From Vicugna vicugna (lineage: Eukaryota): a stretch of 64,000 bases of DNA. Within the stretch, counting starts at the first letter, position 1. Every line of letters starts with the position of its first letter. A program made the position numbers and the translations under genes. This document shows, one piece after another, positions 61,621 through 64,000 of the stretch. The stretch lies in contig MU058059.1 in assembly GCA_013265495.1 (NCBI GenBank), forward strand, positions 4,193,502 to 4,257,501, given 5' to 3'. The notes beneath the pieces are model-generated. The model saw nothing but the letters and a program-made list of their open reading frames with translations. It was not told where the DNA came from and ran no database searches.

Positions 61621-64000
61621 AGTAACCTTCTAATTATTATTTTATATTAAGAAAATTAAGGGTAATTTAAAGTGCATCGATACATAAAGTTTTCAGCTGA
61701 AGCCCCCGTGTCTTGCCCATGTTTCCTCACTGGCCCGAACATGAAACTGCACCTTTCTCAGCAGGGAAGATTTAAAGGCTTGGACTTGGAAGAGAGTTTC
61801 AATAATTATTCAAAAAATAGCTAGGTTTTTAATTGAATACACCCATTGCCCCAAATCCACAATCATTTGATTGTCTTGCTAAAACAATTGACGTTTCAGA
61901 TGATTGCTGCATTTGATTTTTCCTTCCATTTGAACGCTTTTTTAAAAGCTGTGGAATTAATTAACAGAAAAACATTAATGTAATAGAGTCAAACAGCACG
62001 GAAACGAAAGTAATGACTTACTGCAACCTAGCCAGCTCCATCCTAAGTACCAAGGACACTGTAAGGCATTTTGAAAGTCTGTCCCCGCCCATTGAGAACT
62101 TCAACTTGCATCGAGGCAAAAGGTGTTTCCTTGTATATCACGATGTCACCTTCGATTTTCACCCCATTTTCACTGTTGTGATTCTCCAACAAGTGCCTGG
62201 GAACCCTGGGGTAGTACAAAGGCAGGCACCAAGGACCACTTAACCTCCAGTGGCCACAGTGAACTCAAGTTCACTGGGGACGGGATGGCCTTCTGGATGG
62301 ACATCCCCAGGGTCAAGGAGTCCCGCAGAGTCTGGGTTTGGTTCAGACTTGTCACAGCTTCCCTGAGGCTAACTGCAGTCCCCACCCTAGGCTGGGTTCA
62401 CCCTACTGGAGCCCTATTTGGGTCTGTACAAAATTAAGAAACAGAGACTCCAATTAAATAGAGTCAGGAGATCGTCAGGGGAAGCCCTCGAGCCCTGTGG
62501 CCACGTGGAGCCCAACGGGAAGGAGAAGGACTTCTCCTCTCCGGCGAGTTCTCGGCCAACGAGAAGCCGAGGACCCTGCCTGCTGTTTACCACAGCCTCC
62601 CGACTTCCTCCCCCCGTGGCGGCCAGGGGACTTGCACGTGGCTCGCCAGGGCTGCAGACCCAAAATGCAGTCCTCCACTGATCCAAAGAAACCCATCTTT
62701 GCTGGAGAAATACCTGGCATCTGTTTGCTTCAGGTCAGCAGATTCCTTGGGACAGGGCCAACCCAAGCCCTCTCCTGACCTTCCCTAATCCTAAGAACAT
62801 TCCTCAGGACTTGTAAATCCCCTCTAGAGCGCGGGGAATGGGCAAGGCCATCCAGAGGCTCTGGGAGCAGCCCGTGTGCAACCCCACCCCGCGCAGCCCT
62901 TGCGGGCCCGGCCCTCCCTCGCAGAGGCCTGGTGTTAGAAACAGAAGCGGCTCTTTAAAGTTGTAGGAAAATGTAAAAGCGTCTGTTTTCAGCAAATCTC
63001 TTCTTTTCGTATACCATTTATACTAGAGTCCATCAGTTGTGAAGTACAATGTCAACTTTATGTTCCAGTAAGAAAAAAAAACTGCCAATAATTTTTAAAA
63101 ATACATTATAATTAGAGCTGTTGAAAATTTTTTAATGAAAAAAATATGGTACTTTCCCTACAAAGTTCTATTTCTCACCTGTCAATTTGGGGAAAAAAAA
63201 AAAAAAGATCACATTCAGCGTTTCTATCCTCACAAAAAACATCCTAAAATACTTCAGGTCGATTGTGTTGGTCCTCTTCCTCCAGGCAGACACCGGGAGG
63301 CCGAGGGCCCTGCACTCCGGTCAGACTTTCTAGGACACACAAACTCTCACCCTTGACACCCTAACTGTGAGAGCTACCCAGTGGAAAACATACATCAAGG
63401 TGTCTGGAAAGTGAATAAACAGTACGTCAAGCATTTGTCGTTTTCGACAAAAACCACATCCTTTTTAAACTCCCTGACACCCGCCCTCAGCTCTCCTCTC
63501 TGCTCAGAATTTTGCCCTAGACTCAAGGCACAGGAGTGACCAAAGGATTATCTGGAACCTGCTCTGACCACTTGTCGTACTGGAAACTCAGTAAAAACTG
63601 AAGATGTCATTTCTGATAAAGGAACCATCACGAAAGACGGGAGCTTTTCGTTTCCCAGTACGCATTCCCATTTGGCATCAGGACAGGCTCTGGCCAAGCC
63701 ACAGCGAACACACGCAGGGCCAGCAGGAAGTCAATCTTTGTTGCTGCAAACCTCTGAGACCCAGGGATGGGGTCTCTCTGGAGCCCCTCTTTTGGGGGAA
63801 CACTCCCCTGCAACGAGGCGTTTATAGTCCGGGGTGACCATCTCCTCCTGTCCTGTGCAAACATCTCCTCCCGTCCTGTGCACCACCTGGTTCAGCCAGT
63901 GAGGCTCCCCAGCCGCCCAGTCCCGCCCAGGCACAAGGACCCGCCCGGGACCCCAGCAGGACCATTAAGCGTCGTCTCTGGGACTCTGGTGAGAGCCAGG

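Overview
Mammalian genomic DNA, most likely a camelid, judging from three Vic-1-like tRNA-derived SINEs. The window appears to lie entirely inside the mechanosensitive channel gene PIEZO2, transcribed on the minus strand. Two coding exons are supported: the 96-nt second coding exon (42917-43012, ACAFRYNGFSFVYLIYLLLIPLFSEPTRATMQG) and the 126-nt third coding exon (5877-6002, HTGRLLKSLCVTSLSFLLLHIVFHITLASLEAQHRIAPGYN). They are separated by a 36,914-bp intron, and I did not find exon 1 or exon 4 in the window. The rest is intron with L1 fragments, Vic-1 SINEs, MER53, Tigger13a, MIR/L2 remnants, micro- and minisatellites, CpG-rich patches and one 235-N gap. The most notable observations are: a 76-bp diverged copy of part of exon 3 and a 120-bp exact duplicate, each about 3.1-3.2 kb from its partner (real local duplication or mate-pair assembly artefact); a 21-unit GC-rich minisatellite carrying 8 CCAAT boxes; and strong GC/CpG enrichment over exon 2, which has a weak GTTGCC donor. 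I found no convincing evidence of a new biological system, and almost all ORF-track entries are judged spurious. Repeat boundaries are by eye, and repeat family names and orthologue comparisons are from recall.
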